64,000 nt of DNA from Lepidodermella squamata. Its lineage: Eukaryota; Animalia; Gastrotricha. Made by a program: the position numbers and the translations under genes. How positions within the stretch are numbered: the stretch's first letter is position 1; the number at the start of each line of letters is the position of its first letter. The stretch lies in the NCBI GenBank assembly GCA_047495785.1, contig JBLDXI010000105.1, positions 1 to 64,000 on the forward strand. The letters are read 5' to 3'. This document shows, one piece after another, positions 13,037 to 25,229 of the stretch. The notes below the pieces were generated by a model. The model searched no databases. It worked only from the letters and a program-made list of their open reading frames with translations, and had not been told where the DNA came from.

Positions 13037-15937
13037 TTATTCAATGATCAGCCAATCTCTGGTGTCGAATCGGAGGCGGTAGTCGGGCTTTGGCAGCTGT
13101 CTGATATGCCACGCTGGGCAGCGTTTTTCCAGTTCTGTCGCGATTTTGTCTGTAGCCGTTAAATGAGCGATGTATTCGATATATTTAGCAATATCGAGTT
13201 CTGCGGCAAGAGTTCGCTCGCCGTAGCGTTGGGTAGCGGTCTCAAACCGCAGGTCAATACCAGTGACGCCGGCGAAGGCGATCACATCGATAGGGTGCGT
13301 TTCTTGGGGGAGGTTCAGTAGGGCTCTAAGGGCATAGGCTTGAAGGTCCACAAGGCGACTCAGGGCTGAAGGGCTCATGCAGGACCAGGCCGGGGCACCA
13401 TACAGCAACACCGGTTCTATGAGTGTCTGGTAAAATAAAACACAAACTCCTTTTGGCAAATTTTTAGCTCGGCAAAGGCCATACAGAGATCCGACGGTCT
13501 GTCGGATCTTTGACGAGATGACGTCGAGATGCGTCGACCATGAAAGGAGCGGCGTTAGGTGCAGACCTAGGTACCGGACTTGGGTAACCTGCGGGATGGC
13601 TTGGCCGTACAATCGTAGGTTGACAGTGGGTGGTGTGTTGCCGTAGTGGCCGAAGACGATCGCCTCGCACTTGGCAGGATTAAGTTTGAGGCGCCAGCGG
13701 TTGCACCAGCTTTCGATGGCGCAGAGCCGCCTCTGAAGGCGATGAACGCAGACGTGGTATTGGTCCCCGAAGGCCCAGTTGATGACGTCGTCGGCGAAGG
13801 TGCCCTTACCAACACGCCGAGCACCATCGTCAGGGAGACAGCTTTTGGGCTGCATGTCGCTGGTGTAAAAAATAAATAGCAATGGCGACAAAGGCGACCC
13901 TTGAGGCACGCCACAAAAAATATTTCTGGACTGAGAAAGTTCGTTTCCGACTCTGACTTTAAAACTCCTGTCCCGAAGGAAATCTGAAACCCACCTGGTA
14001 ATAGGCGACGGAAGACCCGACTGCTCCAGTTTTCTGCGAAGGCCGTCGTGCCAGATACAGTCGAAGGCCGCTTTGAAATCGAGCAACATGGCAACAAGCT
14101 TTTTCCGTTTTGCAATTGATAAACCTACATCGCTAATAAATAGAAAAAGGGGATCGGTTGTGGAGTGTAACGGCTGAAAGCCAAATTGGTGGCGTGGTAA
14201 TAAATTGTGCATGGCTAAAAAATGGTATAAATATTTGGCAACAACAACTTCCAAACCTTTGGCAATGGCCGGTAACAAAGACACCGGTCGGTAAGAATCG
14301 GGAAGGCGTGAATCTTTACCTGATTTTAAAATTGGAACGATGATCGCTACCTTCCAGTTTCTCGGTACAAAGCCACTGTTGAGGCTGAGTTGGTAGAGAT
14401 ACCGCAAGTGCTTCGCCAACTTTTTACCGCCGTGCTTTATGAGGACGTTGGAGACGTTGTCGTGCCCGGGCGCTTTCCATTTCAGTGCTTTCATCATTTG
14501 CCGCACGGCCCACTTCGGAACACGGACTTGGACCCTGTTAGGGATCGTACGGAGAGGGCGCATCTTGTCGCTGCTCACCATCTCTTCGCTGGTTGCGTTC
14601 CAGAAGAGCTGATCTTCCGGCGACTTAGATGTCATAGGCGGGCCCTCTAAAACCTTACCAAAAGTTTGCGCCAATAGCTCGCATTTGGCCGCATCCTCTG
14701 TGACACCTACACCATTTAGGTTGGTGAGAACGGCGATTTTGCGGTTTCGGCGGCGGCCTTTCAACCGCCCGTTGACGGCCTGCCACGCTTCTCTAGTTTG
14801 GTGCTGCTTAAAAAGCTTTGCAAGTTTTTTCAAAAATTGTTCGCAAGCCCTGAGTTTTTCCTGGGCGATCAAAAATTTGATTTCTTTGTTGAGTTTGTTG
14901 ATTCGAGTTTTGGCTTCAGAAGATTTTGTTTTGTCAAAAATTCTTTGCAATTTATTTCGTTGATCAAGTAGGATGGCTATTTCCTTGGTTAAACGCCAGC
15001 TCGACAGTTTTGAGTACTTACATTTAGGGATCGTTTCGTTCGCCGCTCGTTGGATAGCGTCGACGATGCTGTCGGCATAAGTTTCAATGCTTTCCACTGG
15101 GTCGCCCGGCTTCGGCTTCACCGGGTCGGCAATCGTGGCGAGCCAATATGCGAGTCTTTCGGCAAAACGGTCCCAGTTTGCTTTGTTGAAATCGAGTCGA
15201 GGCTCGCTCGCAGAAGTATCTTCCTGCTCAGGACTGGCTTTGAAGTCGACCTGCAGGCGGGTAGCACAATGGTCACTGCCGTACTTGTCCTCGACGAGGG
15301 CTGGTCCTGTAAGGAAAGGCAGAGCCGCCTGATTAGCCAGCCAAATATCAATTTGACGACCGTAGCCATATGTGGAAAAGTGCGTGGGGGTACCGTCGCT
15401 CATGACGGTGTGACCCTCATTCTCCAGCCATGCAGCGAGTGCAGTTCCAGCCGGATTTTTGCTAATAGGGTCCGATAAAGTCGGATGCCAACAGTTAAGG
15501 TCGCCGGCGAAGATGCACGGGTGATTAGGATTTGCTGCTGAGCCACCTAGACACAAGTTCAAAAAAGTCAAGTCAAGGGGGTAGTTGGGAGAGCTGTAGC
15601 CCGTGGCTACGGTGAGTTTTTTGCCATTCTTATCGGCCACAACCACGGCTAGCCACTCACTGTGATCTGTATAATATTCATAAGTCTCTGTGACTCGGAT
15701 GGAGTTTCTTACAGCTATTGCGACGCCACCATACGTGACGTTATTGGCAGCTTTCGCTTTCCTTTCTAGACTGAAAATGGTGAATCCTGGGATTTCAAAA
15801 ATATCTTCATCATCAAGCCATGTTTCGTTGATCAACAAAATATCAAGCATTAGCGTTTCAATCATCAAAATAATTTCAGCAAGTGTTAAAGTTACTTTTT
15901 TGCCGTGTCCAGAATTCCACTGTCCAACCCAGGTCAT
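13037..15937 (-). CDS. LINE-A ORF2: AP endonuclease and reverse transcriptase, 966 aa
   Basis: APE motifs NETWL, GDLN, SDH. RT motifs KAPGHD, YRPVSLL, QFGF, LDFKAAFD, GVPQGSPLSP, FADD, YLG. Confidence 0.97.
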   Translation of the reverse strand: MTWVGQWNSGHGKKVTLTLAEIILMIETLMLDILLINETWLDDEDIFEIPGFTIFSLERKAKAANNVTYGGVAIAVRNSIRVTETYEYYTDHSEWLAVVVADKNGKKLTVATGYSSPNYPLDLTFLNLCLGGSAANPNHPCIFAGDLNCWHPTLSDPISKNPAGTALAAWLENEGHTVMSDGTPTHFSTYGYGRQIDIWLANQAALPFLTGPALVEDKYGSDHCATRLQVDFKASPEQEDTSASEPRLDFNKANWDRFAERLAYWLATIADPVKPKPGDPVESIETYADSIVDAIQRAANETIPKCKYSKLSSWRLTKEIAILLDQRNKLQRIFDKTKSSEAKTRINKLNKEIKFLIAQEKLRACEQFLKKLAKLFKQHQTREAWQAVNGRLKGRRRNRKIAVLTNLNGVGVTEDAAKCELLAQTFGKVLEGPPMTSKSPEDQLFWNATSEEMVSSDKMRPLRTIPNRVQVRVPKWAVRQMMKALKWKAPGHDNVSNVLIKHGGKKLAKHLRYLYQLSLNSGFVPRNWKVAIIVPILKSGKDSRLPDSYRPVSLLPAIAKGLEVVVAKYLYHFLAMHNLLPRHQFGFQPLHSTTDPLFLFISDVGLSIAKRKKLVAMLLDFKAAFDCIWHDGLRRKLEQSGLPSPITRWVSDFLRDRSFKVRVGNELSQSRNIFCGVPQGSPLSPLLFIFYTSDMQPKSCLPDDGARRVGKGTFADDVINWAFGDQYHVCVHRLQRRLCAIESWCNRWRLKLNPAKCEAIVFGHYGNTPPTVNLRLYGQAIPQVTQVRYLGLHLTPLLSWSTHLDVISSKIRQTVGSLYGLCRAKNLPKGVCVLFYQTLIEPVLLYGAPAWSCMSPSALSRLVDLQAYALRALLNLPQETHPIDVIAFAGVTGIDLRFETATQRYGERTLAAELDIAKYIEYIAHLTATDKIATELEKRCPAWHIRQLPKPDYRLRFDTRDWLIIE

Positions 15938-17445
15938 GATAGTTTACGAGAGGTTTTCGGACCAGTGTTGCTGCCTCTGGCACCGCGATTGTTTCCGCGA
16001 GACGACGCCCTGGCAATGGGTGGTTCATACCAGTAGTCGCTGTTACCTACAGCTAACTGCGACGATGAGGTGGTCTTCGTCAATTTCTTTCCAGTGATGG
16101 AGTCCTCTAGATTCTTTAGCCTGGCTTCTAGGCGGGCTACAGAGTCGGATAGCGTCTGGAGAGTGGAATGCAAATTGCCGAGCAGCTCGTTCCGTGCTTT
16201 TTCGGCCACGATTGGCGCCAGTTTGCAGGCCAGCTTTTCGATGAGGTTGTCGTTTTCGATGATGCTTTTGAGTTGACCTTGCCAAGCAAGGCCCGATGGC
16301 TGAGGTGCTGGCTTGAAAACCGGCTGTGGCTTATCCTTTGACGTGCCTGGCGGAGTGTTTGATTCCCTTCTGCCCTGTGCTTTCTCGATTTTCGCTTGCA
16401 GGCGCTGTTCATCTCGTTTGACTGCGGCTTGAACGGATTTGCAGCCCCCGTAGTTGGCAGAGTGCGGACCATCGCAATTGGCACATTTCCGCGCGTTCAG
16501 GTTTGATTTAACTTGGCAGTCTCTGGTGTAATGGTCGCCCGCACACCAGCCGCATTTCTTTATCGTTGACTTGCAGTTTTTGGTGAGGTGGTCATGGCTT
16601 TGACAGGCGTTACACCTGATAGGATGTTCGACCGCTTTCACCTCCTTGCCCTTGATTCGGCAGATGCTAAATAGCAAGCCATCGCCTTTGGTGAGAATTT
16701 TCGCCATCTCGACAGTTCTCATGTAGCAGAATACTCTTCCGTTGGAGATCGCGACATCGACAACTTTGTCAGCCCATTTTTCCTTTATCAGGTCAGCTGT
16801 GACAGTGCTGGGGAAGCCCTGGCATTCAACTGCCCGGCCTTCGTCTTGTGCCGTGCGGCGGATGTTGGACGGTTGCGGTTTCCGCTCGTTGATTCTTTCT
16901 TCGTCAGGAAAGTACTTGTAGTACCTATCGGTGCGGTGTACGCGGATGTCTCCGCCGAAGGCATCTGCTTCCCAACCTTTGAGTGTCATCGCATCAGCCG
17001 CCATTTGAGGCGTTTCGAAGGTCACCCTGGCTCCACCCATGCCGAGTACTTCCAATCTAGTGATTAGAACTTTGCCGTGAGTGGCTCTTTCGATCTCCGC
17101 AATCATTTCGCCGTCCTTTTTGTAGTCGGGCGAGATATCATCAATAATTACGACGCATCTTTCGCGTTCTTTGGCCTTCGCTAGCGCCGCAGCTTCGGCG
17201 ACGGCAGCTGCAACAGCTTCAGCCTCTTTTCCGGAGGCGCCTGTGACCGAGGCCGACCTGTCTCTCTGTGCCGGTACTTTCCTTCGAAGTCCATCGGCAC
17301 TTGCTTTCGAAGCTGTGCCACCAGAACCGATGCTCATTTTCGTCGCCGGTTCGCCGGTTGGAGATGGTATGGGGGCTTTGTGAGCAGGAGGCGAAGGAGG
17401 CTTTGACTTTGATTCACCGTGAGGTTTGATGTTATTTTCAGACAT
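15934..17445 (-). CDS. LINE-A ORF1: gag-like protein with three CCHC knuckles
   Basis: CNACQSHDHLTKNC, CGWCAGDHYTRDC, CANCDGPHSANYGGC, followed by a coiled-coil-like segment. First ATG at 17445 (MSENNIK); the frame is open to 17520. Confidence 0.92.
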   Translation of the reverse strand: MSENNIKPHGESKSKPPSPPAHKAPIPSPTGEPATKMSIGSGGTASKASADGLRRKVPAQRDRSASVTGASGKEAEAVAAAVAEAAALAKAKERERCVVIIDDISPDYKKDGEMIAEIERATHGKVLITRLEVLGMGGARVTFETPQMAADAMTLKGWEADAFGGDIRVHRTDRYYKYFPDEERINERKPQPSNIRRTAQDEGRAVECQGFPSTVTADLIKEKWADKVVDVAISNGRVFCYMRTVEMAKILTKGDGLLFSICRIKGKEVKAVEHPIRCNACQSHDHLTKNCKSTIKKCGWCAGDHYTRDCQVKSNLNARKCANCDGPHSANYGGCKSVQAAVKRDEQRLQAKIEKAQGRRESNTPPGTSKDKPQPVFKPAPQPSGLAWQGQLKSIIENDNLIEKLACKLAPIVAEKARNELLGNLHSTLQTLSDSVARLEARLKNLEDSITGKKLTKTTSSSQLAVGNSDYWYEPPIARASSRGNNRGARGSNTGPKTSRKLS

Positions 17446-17878
17446 AATAACACCTGAAAATCGGGGGGAAAGGGGACAAGAAGGGTCGGGGATGAGGGGG
17501 ACTGGGGGCGGTAATCCCAAATGATGACTGGGACAGAAAACGCCGAAAATTAGGGTGATATAATTAAAAATAGGGTGGAATAAGTAGTATTTACTAGTTG
17601 GCCTAGTGCCAGTATGTTATTTTTTATTGAAAATATTTTACAGAGAAGGTTGAAGAAAAAAGAGAGAAAAAGGCTCGTGCTTTTCAGAACGAAATTTGCG
17701 CAATTCTTGACTCAAAGGTGATTGTCCTAACTAGTAGCAGCAGGCCACGTTGAAAGCAATCAAATCTTGGAAAAGGCAAGCAATTTTGAAAGCAATTTTG
17801 AGATGGAATCATGACAATAAAATAATACATAACACACAAATTTATTGAATTAAAGTCTTCATTTGTTGATAGGCGACA

Positions 17879-19450
17879 CTATTTAATGTTGAATGTCAAT
17901 TTAGCGAGCTCTCGCTGTTCTCTAGTTGCTGTAGCACCTCGCCGCTTACAAACAGCCGCGCCGGATTGGTCAGTGACAGATGCCGTCACAGAACACAACT
18001 GTTCAATAGCAGCCGTTAGCTTCATGACTTCAGCCGAGTTAGGACCATGCAGCTTTGAGCACATCACCGAGAAAGCAGTGTCAATATATTGTTGAGCTTC
18101 TGTTACTTTCGAAGATTTTTTAGCATCGTTGCAATCTAAAATTATTTTCTCGGTTAAAGAGGAATCTTATTGAAGCGAATTCACAAACCGCGAAAGAATA
18201 GCTTACAAGTGAATAGAGCCGCCTCGATTAGTGTAGGGCTCCATGATGCAAAAGCTTTCGAGGTCTCTTCCTCGGCTTGGGCAACCGGCTGAAATAAATT
18301 GCAATAGGTTTGGATAGGAATTTCTAAAAAACCTTCTACCACAAATTCAGGATTCATATCGAGAAACAGTGGCAGGCAATCAGGGTGCACGAAAAACCGT
18401 CCTGATATCCCAGGCATAGCTGAGAATGCGATTGTTATCAATTTCCAGTTTCGAGACACCAATTCCGCTGCTTCAGAGTTATTTAACTGGAAAGACTCTG
18501 GAGCATGCACAATTAAAATGTAAACATAACATTGGGCATCACCGTTTGAGAATAATTCGTCGCATTGCGTTTGAAAGGAGCCACTATTTAAAATTTCATG
18601 ATGGATTTCTTATGAATAATAATGATTGAGTAGCCCCTTTCAAACGCAACGCGACGAATTATTAAACTGAACATTATCTCTAAAACTTGATTGAAAGAGA
18701 GCTTACGTTGCATGAAGGTTGAAAAAACGAGTGCTTTCCGCATCAATGCACGCAGGTTGTCGAACATTAAGTCGGTCAAATTGGTTCGATCGCGAAGAAC
18801 AGCCTCCAAAGCCGAGTTCGTCCGCAACGGCAGCTGAACGAGAAAGGACTTACATTACCCAGAACCCAGAGGTTTCTCTAGTATTACTCACGTGTTCAAG
18901 ATCATGAAGCTGAAGTTGTGTATCAATAGCTAGTTTCAACGTCGTTTCGAAGTTTGAGCCGTCCTTTGTTTGAGGACTGTTATCGATCTGTGCGGAAACG
19001 TCCAAGGATTCATCAGCGAGGAATTTGCCTAAAATGAACAATATTGTCTAATAATTGCTGGGAAAACAAATGTTTCGGGAGCGGAGAGAAATTAATTAAA
19101 TTAAGGGCTATATTAGTTCATCAACTACGGTCTTCCAGATATAAAATCACACCCATTACGTATTAGGACTCACTTTTCATTCCAGCATCTAGGCATCGCT
19201 GAAATCGACATTTGGTGCACATAGATCGGCGTAGAGCGCGGTTTGTTTGAAGCTCACCAGAATTCTCGTATTTATGCCGGCATTCCAAGGATCGCCAATT
19301 TTCCACATTTCGCCTGAAAAACTTCTGGCAAGCGTGGCAGATTCGAGGCTGGTAACGGTGCCGCTTCATAACCGAGAGGCCACATACCTTGCACTTGGTA
19401 GCACCTGGTGGAGAGGTTTGGGAAACTTCATCGTCCCAGCCATCCATCAT
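17879..19450 (-). CDS. Divergent nuclear receptor-like gene NR4, 6 exons
   Basis: Exons 19450-19174, 19028-18892, 18833-18707, 18497-18340, 18288-18189, 18135-17879; in frame; P-box CHACQK. Confidence 0.9.
18551..18663. mobile_element. Short hairpin/MITE in intron 3 of NR4
   Basis: 28-bp inverted repeat AATAATTCGTCGC(A/G)TTGCGTTTGAAAGG with one mismatch. Confidence 0.7.
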
Positions 19451-20759
19451 TTAAAATGAATGAACGATGATTGAAGCCTTCGAACTGTCTAAATTCGAGT
19501 ATGTTAAATAGAGAATACCTAGAGAGCTAGCATTTGTATGAGGTATTTTTAAATGTAAGTACTAATTCCTAAAATCGGGCGATTCTGCGATTCTAGACTA
19601 CGGTCTTCACAGGATAAGCGATATTTTCTATTTGCTATAATGGGCGATGCTCGAGGGTTACTATGGATGATGGTACATCATAATCGATTGCTGTAATGAA
19701 GAGGTATCGATTGATGTCCGATCGAAGACCACGCGACACATTCAGGGTCACGTTTTGGCCAATAACGGGAATATTGCGAATTGTTTTATTGAGGGTTTTT
19801 AGCTTAGAAGGCAAAAATCACAATCTTAAAAGTTCCGCACGGAGTTCGATCTGACACCAATAGATAGCTTTTGATCACAGCAATCGATTGATATATAATG
19901 ATACTTACAAAGAACTACAAAGAACATCTAAGTGCCGCCTGGGCTTGTATTTCGGAATTTACGGTACTTGCATAAATGAAGTACTTGAATGTTCATTAAA
20001 GCTATGTAATAGCAGAGCGCTCTCACTATTCAATAAGCAAGCCAATGTATTTTCTCTGTCATGGCACACGTGTTTTTTGTAAATCGATATTAGCAAGCCA
20101 CTCAGTAGGCGACATTACAAACCCTTCTTCCTAATGTGTTCTTAATTCAGATGGACAAGCTGTTCACTGAAACGAGGGATGCATAAAGTAAGATTAAAGT
20201 AACGGAACAGGGGATGGATAAGATTGTGAATGCATTCAGTTTCAGATGGATTTCAAGCATTTGTATGAGACTGTCCACAAGTAAAGGTAAAAATGATATT
20301 TAATGGTTTGTCTAACCTAAACATAACGCTGATTGTCACTCATCTCGCCATTGTGCCAATTTTCTTCCGATATTTCTTCCACACACTCACAAAATTAAGG
20401 CGATGAATCGAAATTCTACAACCCGCAATGACTACGAAGAGCATCGAATTTGATGCAACATAGATTAATAAAAAAGAGAGATCTGGCACGCTAGTACGTC
20501 TTGCAACGACTAGATACAAACGTAGATTAATTTCACCGAAAAAATCACAGAATCACAGTATTCTACTATAAAATGACGATTCATCGATAAATTGGTGCGC
20601 ACGTGCTCTACATTTTATTTGGCTGGAATCTGGCTTTAACCTCGAGCCTTCATTATTTCTCACAGAACTTTCAAATACCTTTCACGAATTCCGAGAACAT
20701 ATTGAAGATTAATTGAAAATCAAATAGGTATGACGAGTGTCATAATATTTGGCACAGTG

Positions 20760-21040
20760 ATAACTGTAAGTGCTTCGCAGAAACGACGCTGCTTCATTGC
20801 GGTTTTATTTGCAGCGCGGTGTTGCCGTAATTTAATTGCTCATGCATAGAAGTAAGCCTGTAATTTATCGATCCGTATTGGCTATAATGTATACTGACGT
20901 TGTGTACGCACACGCATGAATACACCTAGGCTCGGCACAAAGTAGCTTTTTATTCCCACAGCAATTATAGCGCAAAAGCTGTTTTTTCAAAGCTACTTTC
21001 AAACAGTATTCATACAATGGCCAATGCGTTGAACTTGTGA
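20760..21040 (+). pseudogene. 5' stub (upstream region plus ATGGCCAAT) of a third ankyrin/SOCS copy
   Basis: Similar to 4270-4510 and 24985-25240; similarity stops a few codons after the ATG near 21017. Confidence 0.7.
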
Positions 21041-21049
21041 ATTAAGATG

Positions 21050-22400
21050 CGCGAAAAAATTGAAGTTGTCACTTTTCGGTAAAACGTTTTTACCTCTCAT
21101 CTTCCTCGGCCGAGGGCAAACAATCAGCGAGTATCGTCATCTCAACGTTCGCCTTACGGCGCCCGCGTCTGACTGTGGAAGGAAAGCGCATGATTTTTCG
21201 GTTGACAAAACAGTCAAGCAGGTGTTTCCGCCTGACAGACGCATCAAACGTAACTCCTGTCGGGTCACTATTTAGAACGATGGCGAAGACGCCGCCATGT
21301 GAATCATTGTATTGCAAATTAACAGAGCAAAGAATTTCGACTTCCAACTTTCCATTCTCGACTGCGGCGAGTTTTGGAGAAGTTGCCGGTTGAGGCTGTC
21401 AATTATGGAAAATGTTCTGTCCATCATGATGGCTTTGAAACGCGAGCTGATTTTCCGCTGTGACATGACAGAGATTCCGGGTCCTTAAACGGGTGCTCAA
21501 ATCGAAGAAGCTTTTGAACAGCATCGATATGCCGATCGTTAAACCAACCCGAAGGCAATATCGCCTCGTCTTCCGGTTGAGCGCTGAGCACCATTCGGGA
21601 AGATCAACTTCATTTTCCGATTCAGAATCGATAGAACTTTAGTTGTTTTGGGTTTTGGGTTGTATCAACAAACTCGACCCGTGGCACTGGCGTAGGCGCG
21701 ACCAGAGATGCTTCATCACAGCATTCCGTCGCAGAGATTGCAGCTCCGGTCGAAGAGTTGAAAGGCAGTTGCCGATCCGGTCGAACAGAATCGCAATGAT
21801 TGTCGATCGCTCTGTAATAGTGGTCGAACAAATCGCCGGTGTTGTTTGATATCAGCTCCGCCAATATTTCCGTGCACTCGAAAATCTTCCGATGACAGCT
21901 TCTTCGATTTGACTGTTCAAAAAGGAAATGAGTGCAATTTTACAAAGATAATTTCAAGAAATGGATAGAATGCATTCGGAGTCAAATGTGACTTGTGACT
22001 CAAAATACAGTAACGACTTACTTGTCTTATGCCTTTAGCCTTTTCTATCATTTTCAGTTTTCGGCTGGAATTGTAACGGACAAACCAGTCTTTATGCAGG
22101 GGGTGATTGTGGCTCGGTTCCAGTTTTCTGACAAGGACCTGACAATTTTTGCAGATCGAAGCACGAACATTTGCCGGACACTCGCGTTGCAGCATCGTAA
22201 CTGCGCGGCGCCTGCGTGGCACGCCATGGAGGCGAAGATGGCGCAGTCGCTTCGTGTCGGAGAGGCAAGCAAAAGGTTGGCAAGTTTCCTTGGTCAAAGT
22301 GAAACTTAGACTGTATGCGCGAAAAGTTATCAATTTTGGCTGACAGCAGATGCCTCGAGACAATGCTTTGTACCAAAAATAATGAATTCCGATGCTAGGT
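21050..22400 (-). mobile_element. Decayed DNA transposon remnant with FAR1/MULE-like Zn finger and Ulp1 (C48) protease-like segments
   Basis: Minus-strand translations: ECPANVRAS..LVRKLEPSHNHPL (FAR1/WRKY-like), EDEAILPSGWFNDRHIDAVQKLL, IIDSL, and LQYNDSHGGVFAI..DP..FD..RKHLLDCF..FP (Ulp1-like). Broken by frameshifts and stops. Confidence 0.65.
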
Positions 22401-22660
22401 ACTATCCCCGGCTCCCGGCTCTACTCTACCTCTATTATTATTTTAGACAAAATTCGAAAAATAGATGGGAAAATAGTCCAATCCATAGTACGGGGAGAAT
22501 AGGGATAACGTACCCCTTTGCTCGAGGATCCTACTTTGCGCAATGAATAGAATCTTGGGAAAGGGCGAAAAAGTGCGACAGAAATTTTGAGATGGAAGCA
22601 AAGTAATAAAATAATAACACACAATTTATTGAAAAAATTATTCATCTTTGATAGGTGACA

Positions 22661-24054
22661 TTATTTGACGTTGAATGTCAATTTAGCTAGCTCTCGTTCT
22701 TCTCTGCTTGCCGTAACAGCTCGTCGCTGAACAAATGCTGCGCCGCATTCATCAATAACAGATGCCGTCACGGAACACAACTGTTCGATAGCAGCCGTTA
22801 GCTTCATGACTTCAGCCGAGTTAGGACCATGCAGCTTCGAGCACATCACCGAGAAAGCAGTGTCAATATATTGTTGAGCTTCTGTTACTTTCGAAGATTT
22901 TTTAGCATCATTGCAGCCTAAAACAATTCCCCCAGTCAAGTTGTTATGTCATCCAAGCGAATTTACATACCGCGGAAGAGTAACTTGCAAGTGAATAGAG
23001 CTGCCTCGAGAAGCGTGGGGCTCCATGTTGCAAGTGCTTCAGAGGTCTCCTCCTCCGATTGTACAGCCGGCTGAAATCAATTGCAACAAGTTCGGAAATG
23101 AATTTTCAAGAAATCTACTAGTACCACAAATTCAGGATTCATATCGAGAAACAGTTGCAGACAATCAGGGTGCACGAAAAACCGCCCTGATGTCCCGGGC
23201 ATAGCTGAGAATGCGATTGTTATCAATTTCCAGTTTCGAGACAGCAAATCCCCAACTTCAGACTTATTCAACTGGAAAGACTCTGAAACGCAATTAACAA
23301 GTATCTAATAATGAGCATGCTTAGTGAAAATTCTCTCTGAAATTTGAATAAAACAAAGCTTACGTTGCAAGAAGGTCGAAAAAATCTGCCTTTTCCGCAT
23401 CAATGCAATGATGTTGCCGTACATTAGGTCACTTAAAGTGCTTGGATCGCGTAGTACCTCCAAAGCCGTGTTTGTTCGCAAGGGCACCTGAAAAAAATAA
23501 AAAGAACTTACTTATTTAATCTATAGAAGTTTATTCAGCATAACTCACGTGTTCAAGATCATGAAGCTGAAGTTGTGTATCAATAGCTAGCTTCAATGTC
23601 ATTTCTCGGTTTGAGCCGTCTATTGTTTGAGGACTATGATCGATTATCTCGACGATCTCGAAAAGTTCATTAGCGAGGAACTTGCCTAAAATGATAAAAT
23701 TATAAATGTAATGATACGCAAATAAAATGGCTCTTTGACTACGGCTTTCCAGCGATATAATCGAAGCCACTATAGGTAAGACTAACATTTCATTCCAGCA
23801 TCTAGGCATCGCTGAAATCGGCATTTGGTACACATAGATCGCCGATGAGCACGGCTTGTTTGAAGCTCACAAGAATTCTCGTATTTATGCCGGCATTTCA
23901 AGGATCACCAATTTTCTGCATTTCGCCGAAAAAACTTCTGACAAGCGTGGCAGACTCGAGGCTGGTAACGGTGCCGCTTTAAAACTGCGAGGCCACATAC
24001 CCTGCATTTGATAGCCTCTTGTAAAAACGTTTGGGACACATGATCGTCCATCAT
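22661..24054 (-). pseudogene. Nuclear receptor-like NR5 with one in-frame TGA in the DBD exon
   Basis: Exons 24054-23787, 23685-23549, 23487-23364, 23282-23125, 23070-22971, 22917-22661. TGA at 23907-23905 where NR4 has CGA; the rest is open. Confidence 0.88.
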
Positions 24055-25229
24055 TTCAAAAAAATAACTACTATAAAAACCTCTTTAGCTAATTCAACTT
24101 CTGAAGTATGATAAATAGCGATATTTAGCATTCTGATAAGGGATTTTTAATAATTTGTATAATTCCTTAAACCGGGAGATTTTGCGCCCGAAAGCAAGAA
24201 AGAGAAGAATTGGAAAGTAAGTTCTACAAATAGTAAAGCACTGAAGCACTTTGAAGTTTCTCAATAAAGCGTGCACAAATATATATGAATTATGTTTGTA
24301 TGAATTTCGAAGTACTTTTATGTCTAAACTGAAATGAAGAGATAGCTTAGCGTGCTCACTTTTCAATGAGCAAGAAAGGGGCTATGCTCTGTCGTGGCAG
24401 GTTAAGTAGAAGTCATGTGTTTTGTAAATCGATAGGAACTGGCTAAATGAAGAAGGCGACGTTCGAAGCAATTCTTCTCATTCGCATGGTGCGCATAGAA
24501 TGAAAATGTAGGATGTTCACAAAAGCAAGGGATCAAGAAAGCATTTCCGCATTGGATGATGACGATTCATACCCCTTCGTAACTTTCATAATTGAGAATA
24601 GGTTACATAGCTTTTTTTGCTTTTTACAAGCAATTATTTATTATGAGACATTGGCAAAAATAGGTACGAAAATGTAGCCTGCGAAGCCAGCTAAGTTAAT
24701 TGCAACGGCCAGGATAACAATTCGAATAAATTTAACGAAAAAACCCCAAAAATGACTTTGCCATACGCCCATTGATAAAATGGTTGGCACGTGCTGTCAA
24801 TTTGTTTGCGCCTTCTGGCATTCAGCGGCTTCTGACCTCTCCTGTTCATTATTTTTATCCCAATATTTTTAACAAATTTGTAGACTCCAGAATAGGAACC
24901 TAAAGGTGGAATGATTTGAAAATTTGATAGGAATGGGTTTATTTAGTTATGTTATTATTCAGTGTCCGTGTCACCTTGATTAATGTAACAGCTTCGCACG
25001 AGCATACACCTTCATTGCAGTCAAATTTGCCGCGCGTTGTTGCCGTAATTTGATTGCTCGTGCATAGAAATAAGCCTGTAATTTATCGATCTGTATTGCC
25101 TTCATATACTACTGACATGTATGTACGCACACGCATGAATACATCCGGGCTGATCACAAAGCAGCTTTTTATTCCCGCAGCGATTATAGCGCATAAAAGC
25201 TGCACTCGCTTTCGAACAGCATTCATGAA

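Larger units (their letters stand above)
12730..17755 (-). mobile_element. Apparently full-length non-LTR retrotransposon LINE-A (Jockey/I-group-like); ends approximate
   Basis: Gag-like ORF1 plus APE-RT ORF2, both open. TAATAATAAA near the presumed 3' end (~12764-12774). No TSD identified. Confidence 0.9.

Noticed and set aside
13464-17383. Many antisense and alternate-frame ORFs over LINE-A, and likewise over LINE-B and the DBD exons
   Set aside because: Shadows of real coding sequence with no independent motifs.
23905-23907. TGA as selenocysteine or an alternative genetic code
   Set aside because: The paralogous residue is Arg rather than Cys, and TGA is used as a normal stop in neighbouring genes.
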